Assembly: GCA_013239625.1 (NCBI GenBank)
Contig: MU053758.1
Span: 1,550,001 to 1,614,000, forward strand
Direction: 5' to 3'
DNA length: 64,000 nucleotides
Origin: Lama guanicoe
Lineage: Eukaryota
Shown: piece by piece, positions 23,361 to 37,389 of the stretch
How positions within the stretch are numbered: position 1 is the first letter of the stretch
Layout: each line of letters begins with the position of its first letter
Translations under genes and position numbers: made by a program
Notes under the pieces: generated by a model
Told to the model about the DNA's origin: nothing
Databases searched by the model: none
Seen by the model: the letters and a program-made list of their open reading frames with translations, nothing else

Positions 23361-26219
23361 TCCCCTCTCCTCTAGAACACTCTGCCTAATATTCTGAGCC
23401 AGAAACCTTGGAGTTATTCTAGACTCTTCCATCTCCTTCCTCCAACACCCAGTTGTTCACCAGGATCTGGGGGCTTCTGATGTTTGATGCCCACTGCCCG
23501 GGTGCCATGCCCCCCACCCCTGTCTCCTTGCTCCCCCCAACGCACCCCGTTCTTTTCCACATCCTACCACAGTGGCCATGACACATCTCCGCTTACATCC
23601 CTGCCCCAAGCCAGGCTAGAATCTAAGTGCCTCAGGCCGAGTCACTTCACTCCACGGTGACATTCCCACCGGCATTTCCTTCCTTATCCCTCCGTGCTTC
23701 CTGCCCACGAACCTTCCGCTGGGCTCCGGCCACACTGCTGGAGTCTGCTCTCTCCTGCCTCCCTGCCTTTGTCCATGACAGTGTTTCTCCCTGGAGTGTT
23801 TTACCCCCATTGCCCATTCCCACCCCATCCACGAAACCCTCAAAAGCTCATGGCCACCTGCTTCTGGAAGCCTTCCTCTGCTTCTCCAGCCTTCCATGAC
23901 TCCTTTCCTGGGATTTCAGCTAAAGTCAGGATTGGTAAGACCAGGATCCCTCAAGGGAAGGAGCTAGACCTTATTTCCGTATCCCCAGGGGCAACCTCTG
24001 CTCTCCCTCCCAGTGGTATATTAGGGCTCCTGATAAACGTTTGTGAATGAAGGAGGGTGATTGGGCTGGGAGAGATGAGAAAGAAGGGGGGTATAAAGAG
24101 AGGGTCTTCAGTGAGGGGCACCCTCCACCCCCCGTTGGGCTTTACTGCACTAAACCTCAGAGAGTGTGCCAGAAATTGAGTGGATTTGGGGGTGGATGGT
24201 GAAATGTGGGGAGTGAGACACCGGAGGCCAGAGGGGATAAGGAGCCAGGAGGAAAGGAAGGATGAAAGAGGTGCTGGAGGAGATGGATGAGGGAGGGCCG
24301 GGACAGGATGGGGGTGCAGGTCAAGGTGCAGGAAGAGGTGGGAAGGGCAGCAGGGTGGGGGAAGAGCGTACTTTCTGGGAAGTGGGAGAGGATGGGGGAG
24401 GTGAGTGCAGTGCATTGTGGAGGGAGGAATTGCCTGCCGGCCAGTGTGAGCTCATTTCCTCTCACTGCCTCCTGTGATGTCTGAGGGCATCAGGCTCTGG
24501 AAAAAGTGAGCCAGGGGCACCCCAGAGGCCACCACCCTCCTCCCCTCCCCCCTAGCCTCAATCCAGTCTGGATCTCAGATGCTACCACACCCCCCTTACA
24601 CAGACAACCCATTTATTCTGAGAGGGAAGGACCCCGGAGCCAGGGTGGCAGCAAGCTTTGGACCATAGGAGCTACAGGGCTGAAAAAGTCAGAGGGAACT
24701 GGTTAAAGATTAGGCAAGAAAATACAGGCAGTATGAAGGATTACAGTTAGACAGCAGGAAGGACTTCTCAGAAGTGGGGGATAATTCTGGTTGCACATGA
24801 CCTTGACAAAGAGAAGTGGGGAAGGAAGAGGAGTCATTAGCTGCCCCTCCATGATTACAAAAGCATCCCTTTCCATTGACTTCCAGGGGATTTAAACTAA
24901 AATAAGTTAAATAAAACATAAGATTTAAAAACAAGTCAGTATCTCCTTCCTCAGACTCACAGGAGTAGGGATGGTGTCCTTGGCGTCTGGGCCACACTGC
25001 CCCCTCCAGGGCCTGAGTCCCTGATCCTAATCAGAAGTGAAGGTGTGGAGAGCTTGGGGCCGATCCACCCTCAGGAGTAGGGGTGTTGGTGGTGAAGCAA
25101 ATAGGTTTTATGAAGCTCATTGCCATGGAGTGGGTGGGCCATTCCAGGAGGCAGAGTCAGCCTTCCTATTTTCATTGCCCACCTTACCCAATTCATATTC
25201 CTGTTTACCTATGGCCTCTGCCTTCCTTTCTTCATACTCTGGGTGAAGGACTACAAGAGCCCTTTAAAACTACAAGAAGGCATGGGAAAGAGGTAACTAT
25301 AGGATGTAGGAGATAGGAGGTAGGATGTTAGATATCAGAAAGAACTTTCTAGCAGAAAATGAAAGACTGAGTGACTATCCTTTTCTGGATCATCAGGGAA
25401 TGGGTTGCAGGGGTTCTGCTTGGGAGCAGGGAAATGAGAAACTGATTCAGGACCCTGGTGGTAATTTGGGCCCCTGCTCAGAGTGAAGCTGGGAAGGGAG
25501 GCTGTGGGGAGCTTGTGACTGGGAGGCCTGGAGGGTCTCTGCTCTTACTGCCACCCACTGCAGAGCTGGTTTGTGGGCTGTCTAGAAGCCTGAGCCACAG
25601 GCTGGCTGGGTGGGGGGCTGGGGGGCTGGGGCACCTGCCAGCCTCTCTCTTACAGCCTCCATTCTCCTGCCTACTTGGGATCCTGGGCTGAGACTCATTT
25701 CCCAAACTTAGGGGCATGGAGGCATGGAGCCCCTGAAGGTTCCCCACTCACCCCCACCCTCTGCCCCTTTGGATATAACCATCTCTGCCCTTGTCTCAAG
25801 TTTCTGTGAGTCTCCAGATGGAAGACCCCTTAATCCTTTTTCTGTCTTCCCTTCTTTTCCAGATGGGTCTCTTCATCTTTTTCTCTGATTTTCTCTGCCT
25901 CTCTCTACCATCTCTGTTTTGTCTCTGCCTCTGTCATGCTTTCTGTGTCTCTCCATCTCTGTCTCTGACCATCTCCGTTTAGCTGTGTTTCTATCTGCTT
26001 GCCTTTTCTTTTTTTTTCTCCTTTCCTCCCTCCCTTTCTTGGTACTAGTTCTGGCTTCAGTGCCCTGGCCTCTTTCCTTGGCCCGCCTATCTGGGCCAGT
26101 ACCCTGGAGGCTGGCCCAAACTATCTCCCTGAGACCATCTCTCTTCCGCAAGCTGTGTTCTGCCCTCTAGCTCTGCTACCAGAGCGACTCCCTGTCTCAG
26201 TCCCCTGTACCAGTCTGCT

Positions 26220-27120
26220 ACTCTAGCGACAGGCAGAGGGTGCGCCCCGTCGGGAACCCAGTGGGAGGAGCGAAGAGAGCCCCACCCCCGCCCTCGGCCC
26301 CGCCCTCCGGCCCCGCCCCTCCCGGGTCCCTGCCTGCCCCCCCAGCAGTGCCCTGGCCGCAGAGCCGCCGCTGCTGCCCGATGAATGGAGTCGCCTTCTG
26401 CCTGGTCGGGATCCCGCCCCGCCCGGAGCCCCGGCCCCCTCAGGTGAGAGCGCTGAGCTAGGAGAGGGGGCGGATCCAGGTGCTGCCAAGGAGCTGGCCG
26501 CAAGGCCGGGGTCGCGGCGCCCCCGCTCGGTGGGCACAGCCTGGAGCGCACGGCGCGGGCACCGCGGGCACGGCTGCAGGGAACATAATCTGGTGGCGGG
26601 CCGGGGAGGGGGGCAGAACCAGAGCTGCTCTGGGTAGCGGGGGCGGGAAAGAGAAAGGTAGACAGGGGTCGGGACGCGCACGGGGCTGCCAGGCCAGGGG
26701 GCACCGACCCCAGCGGCGATGCCAGGCCCCCAGCGGCCAGGCAGCGGGGGCGGGAGGCCCGCGCCTTTTGTCCGGGTTTTTCAGGCGGGGCGCCTGCCGC
26801 CGTTTCCTCTGCCCGAGTTTTCGTTTTCCGTTGGCGAGGCCCCGGCACAGCTGGAGGGAGAGGGAGTGGGGGAGGGGGTTCCCGGAGCGGGATGTCCTTG
26901 GCCACTGTGGCCGGACACCCCTTGCCTGCGGCACACTCCCCCCTTGCCGAGCCGGACCGCGCTACGAGCTGCCTGGCGCGGGTTCGCCACCCCCCTGACT
27001 CCTGGGGAAGAGAAACAGACCCGGGACCCCGGTTCTGCTGGCGTGGTTGTCCTCCCCTCTGCCCCCTCGGGCTGGCTGTGGGTGGGTCTAGGCGCGGGGT
27101 GCCAGGGATATTACTCAGCG
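26220..27120. promoter_or_regulatory. ARHGAP23: CpG island, main ARHGAP23 promoter and first exon
   Basis: High GC and CpG density, with multiple CCCCGCCC GC boxes at 26285-26320 just upstream of the ATG. Confidence 0.85.
26381..26443 (+). CDS. ARHGAP23: ARHGAP23 coding exon 1
   Basis: [21 protein letters not shown], the recognised ARHGAP23 N-terminus. Donor CAG|GTGAGA, phase 0. Confidence 0.92.
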
Positions 27121-28799
27121 CTGGGCTGCTTTGCTTGGGTTCTTTCATCTGCCAGCTGCTGAGACTGGGGAGGGGCCAGCAGGGGCCTCGGGGCCCCATT
27201 GGGGCCAGCCCCCTACCTCTGAGTCCCGCTGGAGCATCTCAACAACGCACACTCTCCCCAACCCCCTTTAGAGTTGAAGAGTTGAACACTGTCAAGCCAC
27301 TCACATTTTCTGAGCTTGGAAGAGAAGTTCCCTAGGGGTCCAGGTTGGGGATCAAGGCCTGGACTGAGGCCTCTTCCTCTTTTGACAGGGCTGGAGGATT
27401 TAGGGACACTCCTCCTCAACCCTTTCCCCAGTGCTGGAACTGGGGTCTGGTGCTATGCAAATTGAGACTGGTGTGTCTCTCAGGAGCTGGATGTACCCAC
27501 AGTTCTCCCTCAGTCTGCATCTCTATCCTCGACTCCCCCTCCACATTTCAGCCAAAGTATTTCCTAATTACAAACTTGAATTTCAGGATGGACAGGGGGT
27601 AGAAGTAGAGGTCATTATCCTTGAGTCCCTTGGATTCTCCCCCCCAACCCACATCAACACAGACTTCATCCCCCCGCCCTCCCACTATCTCCACCCCCAA
27701 CCCCACCCTGTGGCCCATCTGGGGGTGGATGGCGTTTGATCCCATGGAGTTCTCCCCCTCTACCAGAGCAACAGCCCCATCTCCAAAAGCTGTGGCCTCT
27801 CAGTGAGAGGCGCTCATTGGCATGCAATTTGAATCCCAGTTACATAACCAGTCACTTCACCTCCAAATAATCCAAAGGCCCCCAGACCCAGCCTTTTCTT
27901 CCACTTGCTCATAAGGTGGTGGGTCCACCCTAGGTTACTGGGAGCTCCAAGTTCTCACATCTGAGGTCCCTCCCTCCCCTGGGAATGGTGAGAGCAGTAA
28001 ATCTTTTGATGCTGGATTTGAGGGCCTCAGAAGCCCTGGGAGCAGGCAGAGTGAGTATTAGGGTCTGATAGGACATAGTGATAGCTCCAAGTCTTAAAAC
28101 CTGGGTCTTTGGATGGGAGGCACAGCACAAGATGAAGCTTTGGGGAGGGGAGCATTATTAGGAAGGTGGCGTTGGGACACCGTGGGAATGGGTCAGGTTT
28201 TTGAGGATCCCAGCTCAAGCAGAGAGGGAGTGGACCCTGGGAATAGGCCTTGAGTTTGGACAGCCTGGATGGGGACCTCTGTGCCCCTGCATCAGGCCAA
28301 CTCTGAGCTCACAGGCAAGGGAAGCAGGAGGCCCTCCTAGCCCCTGAGGGGTGCAGCATTTCTGGCATGGAGTAGGGAATGAGGGAGGGTGCTGGTTACA
28401 GAACGGGGCAGTGCAGTAGTGGGCACAGGCATTTATTGCTTCATCCTTTATTGAGGGGATACTGAGGACTTCATGATGTATTAGGTTAAAAGAGAGTCTA
28501 CAAAGGAGAATGGAATGAGTTACAGTATGAGAGACTGCAGTTAGCTATTTGGGAGAACTTCTAGGGAGAGACTTGTAAGCTGCAGCATCCCAGACTAGCC
28601 TGGAGCATCACACAGGGAAGATCCTCCAGTAGAGTGGGTTAGGTAGATTCCTGTGATATTGGATTCCAGTGTAGAAATCTGGAGAGATTCACAGGGGATG
28701 CAAATATATTCAAATGAGCATATACATTAGTGCCTGGGGGGAAAAATGTGTTTTTAAGGATGGGGAGTTGCTTTCATAATATAGCTGATAGCTAAGATA

Positions 28800-29020
28800 T
28801 CAATAGCAGTTACTCTGGGCTAGGATTTATGTAAGTTACCACATTTAATCCTCACAAAACCACCATGACATAGGTACCATTATTATTCCCATTTTACAGT
28901 CGAGGACCCTGAGGTACACAGACCTAATAGCTTGGCCAAAATCACATCACTAACAAGTGGCAGAGCCCAGGGTAGGAACCTGGCAGTCTGGCTCAAGTCC
29001 ATGGTCTCACTTCACTACGC
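28800..29020 (-). mobile_element. MIR SINE remnant
   Basis: catttaatcctcacaaaaccaccatga...taggtaccattattattcccattttacag...gagg, the antisense MIR core. Confidence 0.7.
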
Positions 29021-32000
29021 TGCTTCTCCTGACTTGCCTTGTCTACTGTCTCTCCTACTCTGAATCTGGGTCCACTTTGAACACAACCCAAGATCAAGGT
29101 CAACCTCTTGCTGGATTGGAGGCAGATTGCTTGTCTTTCAGCTGAGACAGGGATGGGGAAAAGAGACCTAGGGTGGCAAAGCTTCAGGTGTCCATCTGTG
29201 GTTGGTGGGTGGGGAATCAGCTCATACTCTTCCAAAACCCCCATCCCACCCTGTGCCAGCCCATCACACTTGGGCGGTGTCTTGGTTCATTGATGTTTTT
29301 CCTTCTAAAGGGGCATCAGCCCTGCTCTGTTGGCTGCAGGGGTTCAAAGGTGAGATATTGGCTTGGTCAGGGATTTGGACAAAGCCTGGTTTTAATTATC
29401 CTGCTCTCTCTCTCTCCCCAGAGAGAGCCATGAATAGGGCCTGTGGGAGCTGGCTCTGCCTTTCCCCTAGCACCCTCCACCCTCTTCAAACAACCCGCCT
29501 TTAGATCCAGACCCCCCTGTTTCATGTGAAATTGTGCCAGCTTGTCAGCAGGGCAGTGCCAGTCAGTACTAGGCATGCATCGCCTCCTCATTGCCTCAGT
29601 GGGACAGCAGGCTGGGCTGGCCTGGGGACTGGATTCTGGGGAGAAGTTAAAGCTCTGTTGGGTAGAGTATGTGGATCATCTGTCAGAGTGGGTTAGGACC
29701 AGAAGGGTCATCTTGTCCAGTAGTGGGGAAATGGAGGCCAGAGAGTGCCCAAGTTTGGATAGCCTGGGAGTGATGGACATGAACCTCGGACATGACTCCC
29801 AGGCTCCCAGACCATGCCTTTCCCCACACAGTTCTGTCCTGGGTGCTGCCCTCCAGTGCAGCCTTCTGAGACTGGGCCCTGGGAACAAAAGGGGAGGGCA
29901 GGGAGGAGCAGGAAGGAGTGGACAATGTGTCCTGTTCATCTCTGTGTCCCCAGTGACCAGCACAGCGCCTGGCACAAAGCGGTCCTCCATAAATGTTTGT
30001 TAAGTGCTGGCCGGGGCGCAGCCCCTCCCCTGGCCTCCCAGGGTGCCCTGTGCCCAGCTCTGCCCCAGCCTTGTAATGCTTGGTTTACACGTCATTCTCC
30101 CTTGCCAAACTGGAGTTATTTGAGGACAAGAAAAATAATCATAGCAGCTACTTCCATAGCACTTACCTTTAGGTACATTATCACCATCCCATTTGACAGA
30201 TGAAGAAACTGGCACAATTATGTGGCTTCCTAAGGTCACACAGCTAGGAAGTGGCAGAGCTAAGGAGTGGACCATGCTTATTCCAAGCAGCCCCAAAGGT
30301 ATTGTGTTTATCTTGGTATCCACAGAGCCTGGCATGCAACCAGGACTCAGAAAATGTTTGTTGACTGACTAACTGACAGTGTATGAAAAAACCACATAAT
30401 CCTGTAGTCTAATCCTTTGGAAGTAGCTGGGTTGGGATCTTGGGAGGGTAGCCTAGAGGTACATCGCTGTGTTATCTGTACCACAAGTGCCCAAGCCAAA
30501 CCTAGCGAGGAAAGGAAAGCTCACCCACACCTTGTCAGAACTGCCTTCCAAAGCTTAACAGGGGCCACCAGGGCCCCTCAGCTTTCTGGCTCCTCTCTTG
30601 CTCTCACTCTTTCCCTTCCTCCCCCAGAGTTCCAAGGGCACAGTGCTGAGCAATGGGCACGTGGGAAAAGACTACAGGGTGGATCAAAGAAGTCTGTTCC
30701 TTTTTCATCTCTGGTCCTGAGATGATGCATCACCTTGGTGGAAGATTCTGTACCTTTCAAGTTGAAGGGTGGATGGAGTGTCAGCTTTGAGACAGGGCAT
30801 ATCATAGCTACAATTTGCCAGCTCTCACTGGAAGGGGTGTTGGGTTTCCAGTCTCCTCCAGCCCTAAACACGAGGCCCAGGGTCACCTCCAATTTCCTCA
30901 AACCTGTATGTCCCTAGGTGGGTGACTTCTTCCCCTGTGACTCCCCTTGCTCCCCACTGGCTGATTTGAATTAACATCAGTCAGTCATTATCCCTCAGGC
31001 CACATTTCATCTGCCGACAAAGAGTGGTAGGAGTTAACTAGGAAAAAGAAGACTCAGTGTGGGAGTGTGGTCTACCTTCTGATACTGACAGGCAACCCCT
31101 GGAGATGGGAGGCCCAGGCCTGGTGTGGCCCCTGGTATGTTGGGAGGCACGCTGGGGGTCTGGGCCCTGCCTTCAGCCTGAGGAGGTTGAAATTTCAGCT
31201 TTATGTTACTCTGGCCAAGTCACTTAGTTGTTTTTAGCGTCAGTTTTCTTAACCCTGAAATAATCCCTCGAAATTGTTGAGAGGATTAAATGAGGTAATT
31301 CAGGTAAACTGGCTGACATTTGGTAATCTCCACTGTTAGAAGCAACTATTATTAAACAAACAATAATCAATGGATGGAAATGTGAAAAACACCCTCTGGG
31401 CTCAATAAAGAGAACCTTTTATGGTCGGAGTAATCGGAAGAGGAAATGAGCTGCCCCTGGAGGTTATGAGGCCCCCATCAGTGGAGGTGAGCAAGCACAG
31501 GCCAAACTGGAGAGAATTCAAGCATTGGGTGATGGGTTGACAGGGAAAACCTTAAGGACCTTGCTTTGGGATCGAAGCAGGTGAGACCTGTTTCCCTCTG
31601 GTGGGGCCTAGGGAGAGGAATGAGAGATTGGTTGCTGTGGTTTGGGTTGTGAGGCTCTTCTGAGGAGAGGGAGTCCTGAGATGCTGCCTGGACGAGGCCT
31701 GGAAGGATGGGTATGGTACTGATGGGTGGGAGAAGTGGGGAGGCTATTGCACTCTCTGGATGGGTTTAGTGGCTGAGGGACAGTGAGGCGCCTGGACCAA
31801 TGGTTTGGAAGTAGGCCCAAGGCTGCCTCCACAGTCTGGCTGCCCGAAGGGGTTGGGTGGATGGTGGGGGTGGGGAGCTGGTAGCTCCCTGACACCCCAC
31901 CCCCAAGGCTCTCCTGGAAGAGGGGGACAGGGCTACTCCCTGTGGCAAAGAGCCTGGGTCTGTAAGGAACGGAACTGGGGAAAGAAAGACTTCTTATGCC

Positions 32001-33643
32001 CAGTGCATTTGGGGGCGTCCGGGGGTCGGGGGAACAGTGAGGCCTTTGTCCCCAGCCACCAGGAATCTGGCCGAGCAGCCAGTCCTGGGTCTGGCTGGGC
32101 CCTCTGCAGGCAGGTCCTCTTTGAAGTGACCCTTTCAAAGCTCAGCCTGAATCCCTGGGAGGAGAGAACTTGGGGTGGGGCATGTGGATGACTGAGACCC
32201 AAAAGCCAAGGATGGAAACAGACCCAGGGCCAGCCCCTTTGGGCGGGTGAGCGGGCGGGCAGGAGCTCTATGGGCAGGAGGAATGTGGCCAGGCTAGGGG
32301 GCATGTGGGAGGACCACTACTCCAGGGGGCTTGGCCCCCAAGTTGGGGTCAATATAGGGAAGGACAGAGTTCATTTGGGCCCCTTGCCTGGTTTCTAACA
32401 GTTCTTTGCTTGATTTCTGTCTGACTCTGGGCTCCTAAATCTGAGCTTCTTCCTTTTTAATTTCCTCAAAGAATGTGAGACGCTGTTTTCTGTTCATGCC
32501 TCGCCTCCCCATCTCCCACTGGCATCATGGCACTATCTGTATCTGAGAAGGTGCTTCTAAATCTCTCTTTCCTTTTCCAAGGGTATAGCCCTTGGTTCCT
32601 CCCCAAGAGAAGGGGAGGATGGAGCTGAGCACCCTAGGCCATGATGGGAGCCTGCGGGCGTTTCTGGTACTTTCCTATATCTTACCCTGGCATCTGCAGA
32701 GCTGAGCCCTCATTAGCTCTAATGAAGCCTTGGCGCTGTGCCGCCCCCCACCCCCTACCAGCCCTGCAGCACCTGGTGGGGGTGAGTGGGTGAGGGGGCA
32801 GCTGAGGTTGGACTCAGAGCCCAGGAGGGGGTGGGATATCTGCAAGAGGGGAGAGCGGGAGTCAGGCAATGGGGGTCACACAGCAAGGCTGGGACTACTG
32901 GTAGGATGAGACAGGCGCCCTCTTCTTTTCCCACTGGGACCTTTTCCTCCTCCAGTGGCTCCCAGATGCTTCAGTCCCTATAGTGCTAGGGAAAGCATTA
33001 TCTGCGACTGGGTGTGGCCCAGGGTGCACATACTCCCAGGCCTGACTTCCATGAGAGTGTCCTTCTCTCTAATTTCAGGCTGGGGCAGGAGAAGGACTTG
33101 AATCCAGAAACTGGAGGCTCAGTGCCTGGGAAAATCAGGCAGCGGCCAGACCTTAATGCAAATAGAACTTTGTTCATTTGGTGATCATTTCCTGTGTGCC
33201 TTCTGTGTTCTAGGCTCTCTCTGTGGGTCTTGGGACCTGGATGAATATGACACAGCCCTGTCCTCAAGGGGTTCCTTGCCTGCTTTTCCCACCACCCACC
33301 CGAAACTCCACTAAGATTTTATAAGGGGTTCTGAGATGTGCATCTATACTCTCTGACAGTCTAGCACACCCATTGCCACTCCCCCCAAAATATTTCCATA
33401 AAAATTGGCCTAATCTAACTGGGGAGACAGACCCACAGCAGATACAAATGAGTGTCTCCACTGTGACATCATTTGAGTGTGACTGTGGTCACAAAAGTGA
33501 TAACAGGTTTAGAGATTAGAACAGTGTCACTGGATGGAATTGCTATAGGGATTGGTTAAAAACCAATTGGTGATATGCTTGATATCCTCTCATCTCCTGT
33601 TTCCAAATCTATTGTTAATTCATGAATTCTTTAGTGAAGTTTC

Positions 33644-33721
33644 TTTTTTTTTTTTTTCAATTTCTTTTTTGGAGGAGGAGGTAATTAGGTTTCTTTACTA
33701 CCCCTGAGATATACCCTCCCC
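33644..33721 (-). mobile_element. Internally deleted vic-1-like SINE
   Basis: The reverse strand reads GGGGAGGGTATATCTCAGGGGTAG joined directly to TAAAGAAACCTAATTACCTCCTCC plus an A tail. The B-box region is absent. Confidence 0.7.
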
Positions 33722-35040
33722 TGCAAGTAAAACTTCTTTGATCAACTTTCAAGGACAATCATGAAGTGGCTGTACATTGACTGATTCAAGAACCAAGACC
33801 CTGAGAGGGTAAATTACTCCACCAAAGGTCACTCAGTATCCGAGTTGAAATCTGGGTCTTTCTGAATCCCAGGCTATCCTGCGTCACTGCTACATTCCCT
33901 GACAAAGAAGAGCCTGGGAGCACAGCCCCCACCCTGGGAAGGTGGACCCTTCCCACTGCCCTCAGCTGGGCCTTGACATCAAAGTAGGTGTTGGCATAAT
34001 GAGGGAAAGGTGGGAGATGCCGACAGTATGATTATGTTCTGTTTCTCCGTGACTCTGCTGTGCATGGGGGTTCTCCCTGTGCCTTCCTGGGGTCTGGGTT
34101 TGCTCAAGAGTGGTATGGAGGACCCCAGGGCTCCGTCAATAAATATGAGCTGAGCCCCTGCCTCCTCTAGAGATGCTCTAGCTCTGAGCAGAGGAGGGCT
34201 TCACCAAGGAGGTGAGGCTTGCCAAAGCTTGAAAGATGCTTGCTGGGACAAGATGGGTGGTAGAAAAGGGAGAGAAGTGCATTTCAGACAGAAGGATCTA
34301 GCATGAGCAAAGGCAAGGGGATGTGAAACAGCCTGGCCTCTTATGGAATCAATGAGTGCGAGATTGAGTAAAGAGAGATGAAATTGTCAAGACTAATGAG
34401 GGCCAGATCTGTCCCTCTCCTCCAACATCATGGCAGACCCTTCATGTCATATTAAGGAACTTGACTTGCTCCCATAGATACTGTGGAGCCAAGGAAAGGT
34501 GGCAGGAAGTGGAGGCAGCAGACCAGGGGAGAGATGATGAGGGCTAAATGTGGAACTGGAGATGGAGAGGACAGGATAGCAGTGGGATGATCACCTTCTT
34601 CCCCTCCCAGGAAAATTGCCATACCATCTCTTCCCCTTGTCTGATAGAGCCTTCTCTGCCTTCTCTGTTTCACAAACTCCTATTTATCCATCAATGCCCA
34701 GTTCAAATATTTGTCTCTGTAAATCCCCTTTGCCTCTCTCCCCCCCACCCCCCAGCCACCAATTCCTCAAATATAGGGATTTCCTCCTCTGGGCACTAGA
34801 CTTTAAGCCCCATGAGGGTAGGGACTTTGATTTGTCCACTTCTCTGTCTCTAGCTTCTGGACTAGGCCAAGCTGAATGAATATTGTTGACTGGTGAACTG
34901 AAAGTTCCCATAGCATTTTGCACTGCATTGTGAGAATCACATATAATAATAACAAAAGGAGGATTGGTTGCAACTAACATTTACTGAACATCTCAGTGCC
35001 AGGCACTGCTAGACTGACCACTTTATACACACTATCTTTC

Positions 35041-35564
35041 TTTTTTTTTTTTTAAATTGAAGTATAGTTGATTTACAATGTTAGTTTCTGGTGTACAGCA
35101 TTGTGATTTAATTATACACATATATATTCTTTTTCATTATAGGTTATTAAAAGCTAGTGAATATAGTTCCCTGTGCTATACAGTAGGACCTTATTATTTA
35201 TCTATTTTATATATAGTAGTTTGTGTCTGCTAATCCCAAACTCCTAATTTATCCCTCCCTGCTTTCCTCTTTGGTAACCATAAGCTTGTTTTCTATGTCT
35301 ATGAGTCTGTTTCTGTTTTATAAATAAGTTCACTTGTGTCATTTTTTTATATTCTGCATGTAAGTGATATATGATATTTGTCTTTCTCTGACTTACTTCA
35401 CTTAGTATGATAATCTCTAGGTCCATCCATGTTGCTACAAATGGCATTATTTCATTCTTTCTTATGGCTTAGTAGTATTCCATTGTGTGTGTATATATAT
35501 ATATATATATATACTACAATTTCTTTATTCAATCATCTGTCAATGGACATTTAGGTTGCTTCCA
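35041..35564 (-). mobile_element. 5'-truncated L1 (ORF2 C-terminal remnant, 3'UTR, polyA) inserted into a MIR
   Basis: T-run followed by aattgaagtatagttgatttacaatgtt. The ORF MPFVATWMDLEIIILSEVSQ is the end of L1 ORF2. Direct repeats TTATACACACT(A/G)TCT at 35023-35037 and 35565-35579, with MIR-like sequence on both flanks. Confidence 0.88.
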
Positions 35565-37389
35565 TTATACACACTGTCTCTTTAATCTTGACAGCACCCT
35601 CATGGGGAATAGATTATCTCTATTTTATAAATGCAGAAACAGAAGCCCAGAGAGGTTAGTAACTAGTCCAAGGACACATAGCTGGGAAGTGGGACCAAGT
35701 TGGGATTCAAAGCTAGATTCCTTTAAATCCTATTTAGCAGTATTTAAACACTGTGCTCTGCAGCCTCTTTATCTTGTCTCATGTCTGTCTCGTCATATGA
35801 TCAGGAATTCTTTCATTAACTAAAAAAAATCCTTTGTGGACGACTGAACTAATATTTGTTGAACAACTCCTATGTGCCAGGCACTCCACACTGAGTCCTC
35901 TCAAGGACCCCAGTTACAGCTGAGGAGACTGAGGTGTGGAGAGGGAAGACACTTGACTGGGGTCACACAGCTGGGATCTGATCTTAGGTCTCTTTGACCC
36001 CTAGTACTCAGTGACACCTAGTCAATAGTGCCAGAATGAAAGAGGAGCTGGACTCTGAGGTTGACTGACTTGTTTAGGGGCACACAAGGGACAGGACTGG
36101 GCCAGGGACTGGGTCTCCTGCCCTTAGCCCAGTGTGCTCCCCATTTGGGTTACTGATGAGGCAAAGGGGTATGGGATAGGGATGGGACAGGCTGACCTGG
36201 GGCTGGGTGGGCAGGTATGGTGTCCTAGCAGCAGAGCCTTACCAGGGCCTTGACAGAAGACGGTGAGAAGCCTCCAGAGGCTGCACAGTATCAGTGCGAC
36301 TTCATCCATGGGGGTGATCCGAAGACCCACAGGCTTGAGAACCAGGCAGCGGGATGGAAGCGGATGTGGGCAAGGGCCCTGCGAGGTGCTAGTGCCCATT
36401 CTGTGCACCTTCCCAGAAGGGCAGGGACTCACCAATCAGATTCGCCAGCTGGTCTCTATTTGCATGACCACACCTCTTCGCTCTTGCCACGCAGCCTCCG
36501 TCCCCAAGCGTGTCTCCTTTGCCGCCGCCCCATTTCTGGACCCTGTGCAGGGCTGGCGTGGAGGGCTGGCTTGTGGGGCTGCGGGGCGTGAAGGGCCGAC
36601 TTGGTCTGCCACCCTGGCCGCCCTATTCATAGCTCAGGGTCTGGCGTAGTTCGCATACTTGGCCTTACTCAAGTCTGGCTGGCCCAAGGCTGCCGCCCCT
36701 CCGCAATCCTCCCTCCCTCTACTCCTCTCTCCTCGCCTCCTCCGTCCTTCGTCCTCCCTCCTCCCTCCGTCTCCTCCCCCACCTTCGATCTCTGCCAATT
36801 TTCCTGATATCTAGGTGGCCAAACCCGCAGGAGGAAACTGAGGCCTGGAGTGGGGGCGTGTTTTTCGGCCGGGCCTCCAGGGAGAAACTGGTGGTAATGA
36901 GGCGTGTAATGAGGTGGCTGAGAGCCTGGACTCTGCCGGCCTACAGACTTGGGCTTGAATCTGAGCTGCCGCTAGCTGTGGCACCCTGACAAGTTCCTTA
37001 GCCTGCAGAACGGGAAGCTTTTCAGAAACAGTCAAGCTGAGACCTGGAGGATAAGGGATCAGTTAAGGGAAGATAGGGGAGGGAGGGAGGCAAATGTTAT
37101 ATTCCAGGGAGAGGAAACTGTGAATGTGGTGGGACAGCCCTGAGTGAATAAGGGCTTGGCCAACTAGGGTGAAAGGACAGAGGATACTGCAAAGGGGATT
37201 GAAGCGGCTTCCCTTTTCTCCCCACCCTTACTCCCTTATTCCAGCACCCCTACTTTCTGGATCTGGTTCCCACTGAGGAAGGAGTTGAGGTACAAAAAGA
37301 TGGACAAAGATGTGAAGGAGCCTCTGCCCCAGGTAGACCTCTCCTGGGAACGGGAGTCTGCCAACCATCTGCTCTCTCTGAGGAGAAGC

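Noticed and set aside
26087..27199. 370-aa minus-strand ORF and other overlapping ORFs at the main CpG island
   Set aside because: Pro/Ala/Gly/Arg-rich, no recognisable domain, and several frames are open at once, as expected from stop-codon depletion in GC-rich DNA.
35244..35447. ORFs resembling a reverse-transcriptase protein C-terminus (also 40308-40589 and ~41690-41900)
   Set aside because: Short degraded L1 ORF2 remnants, not functional genes.
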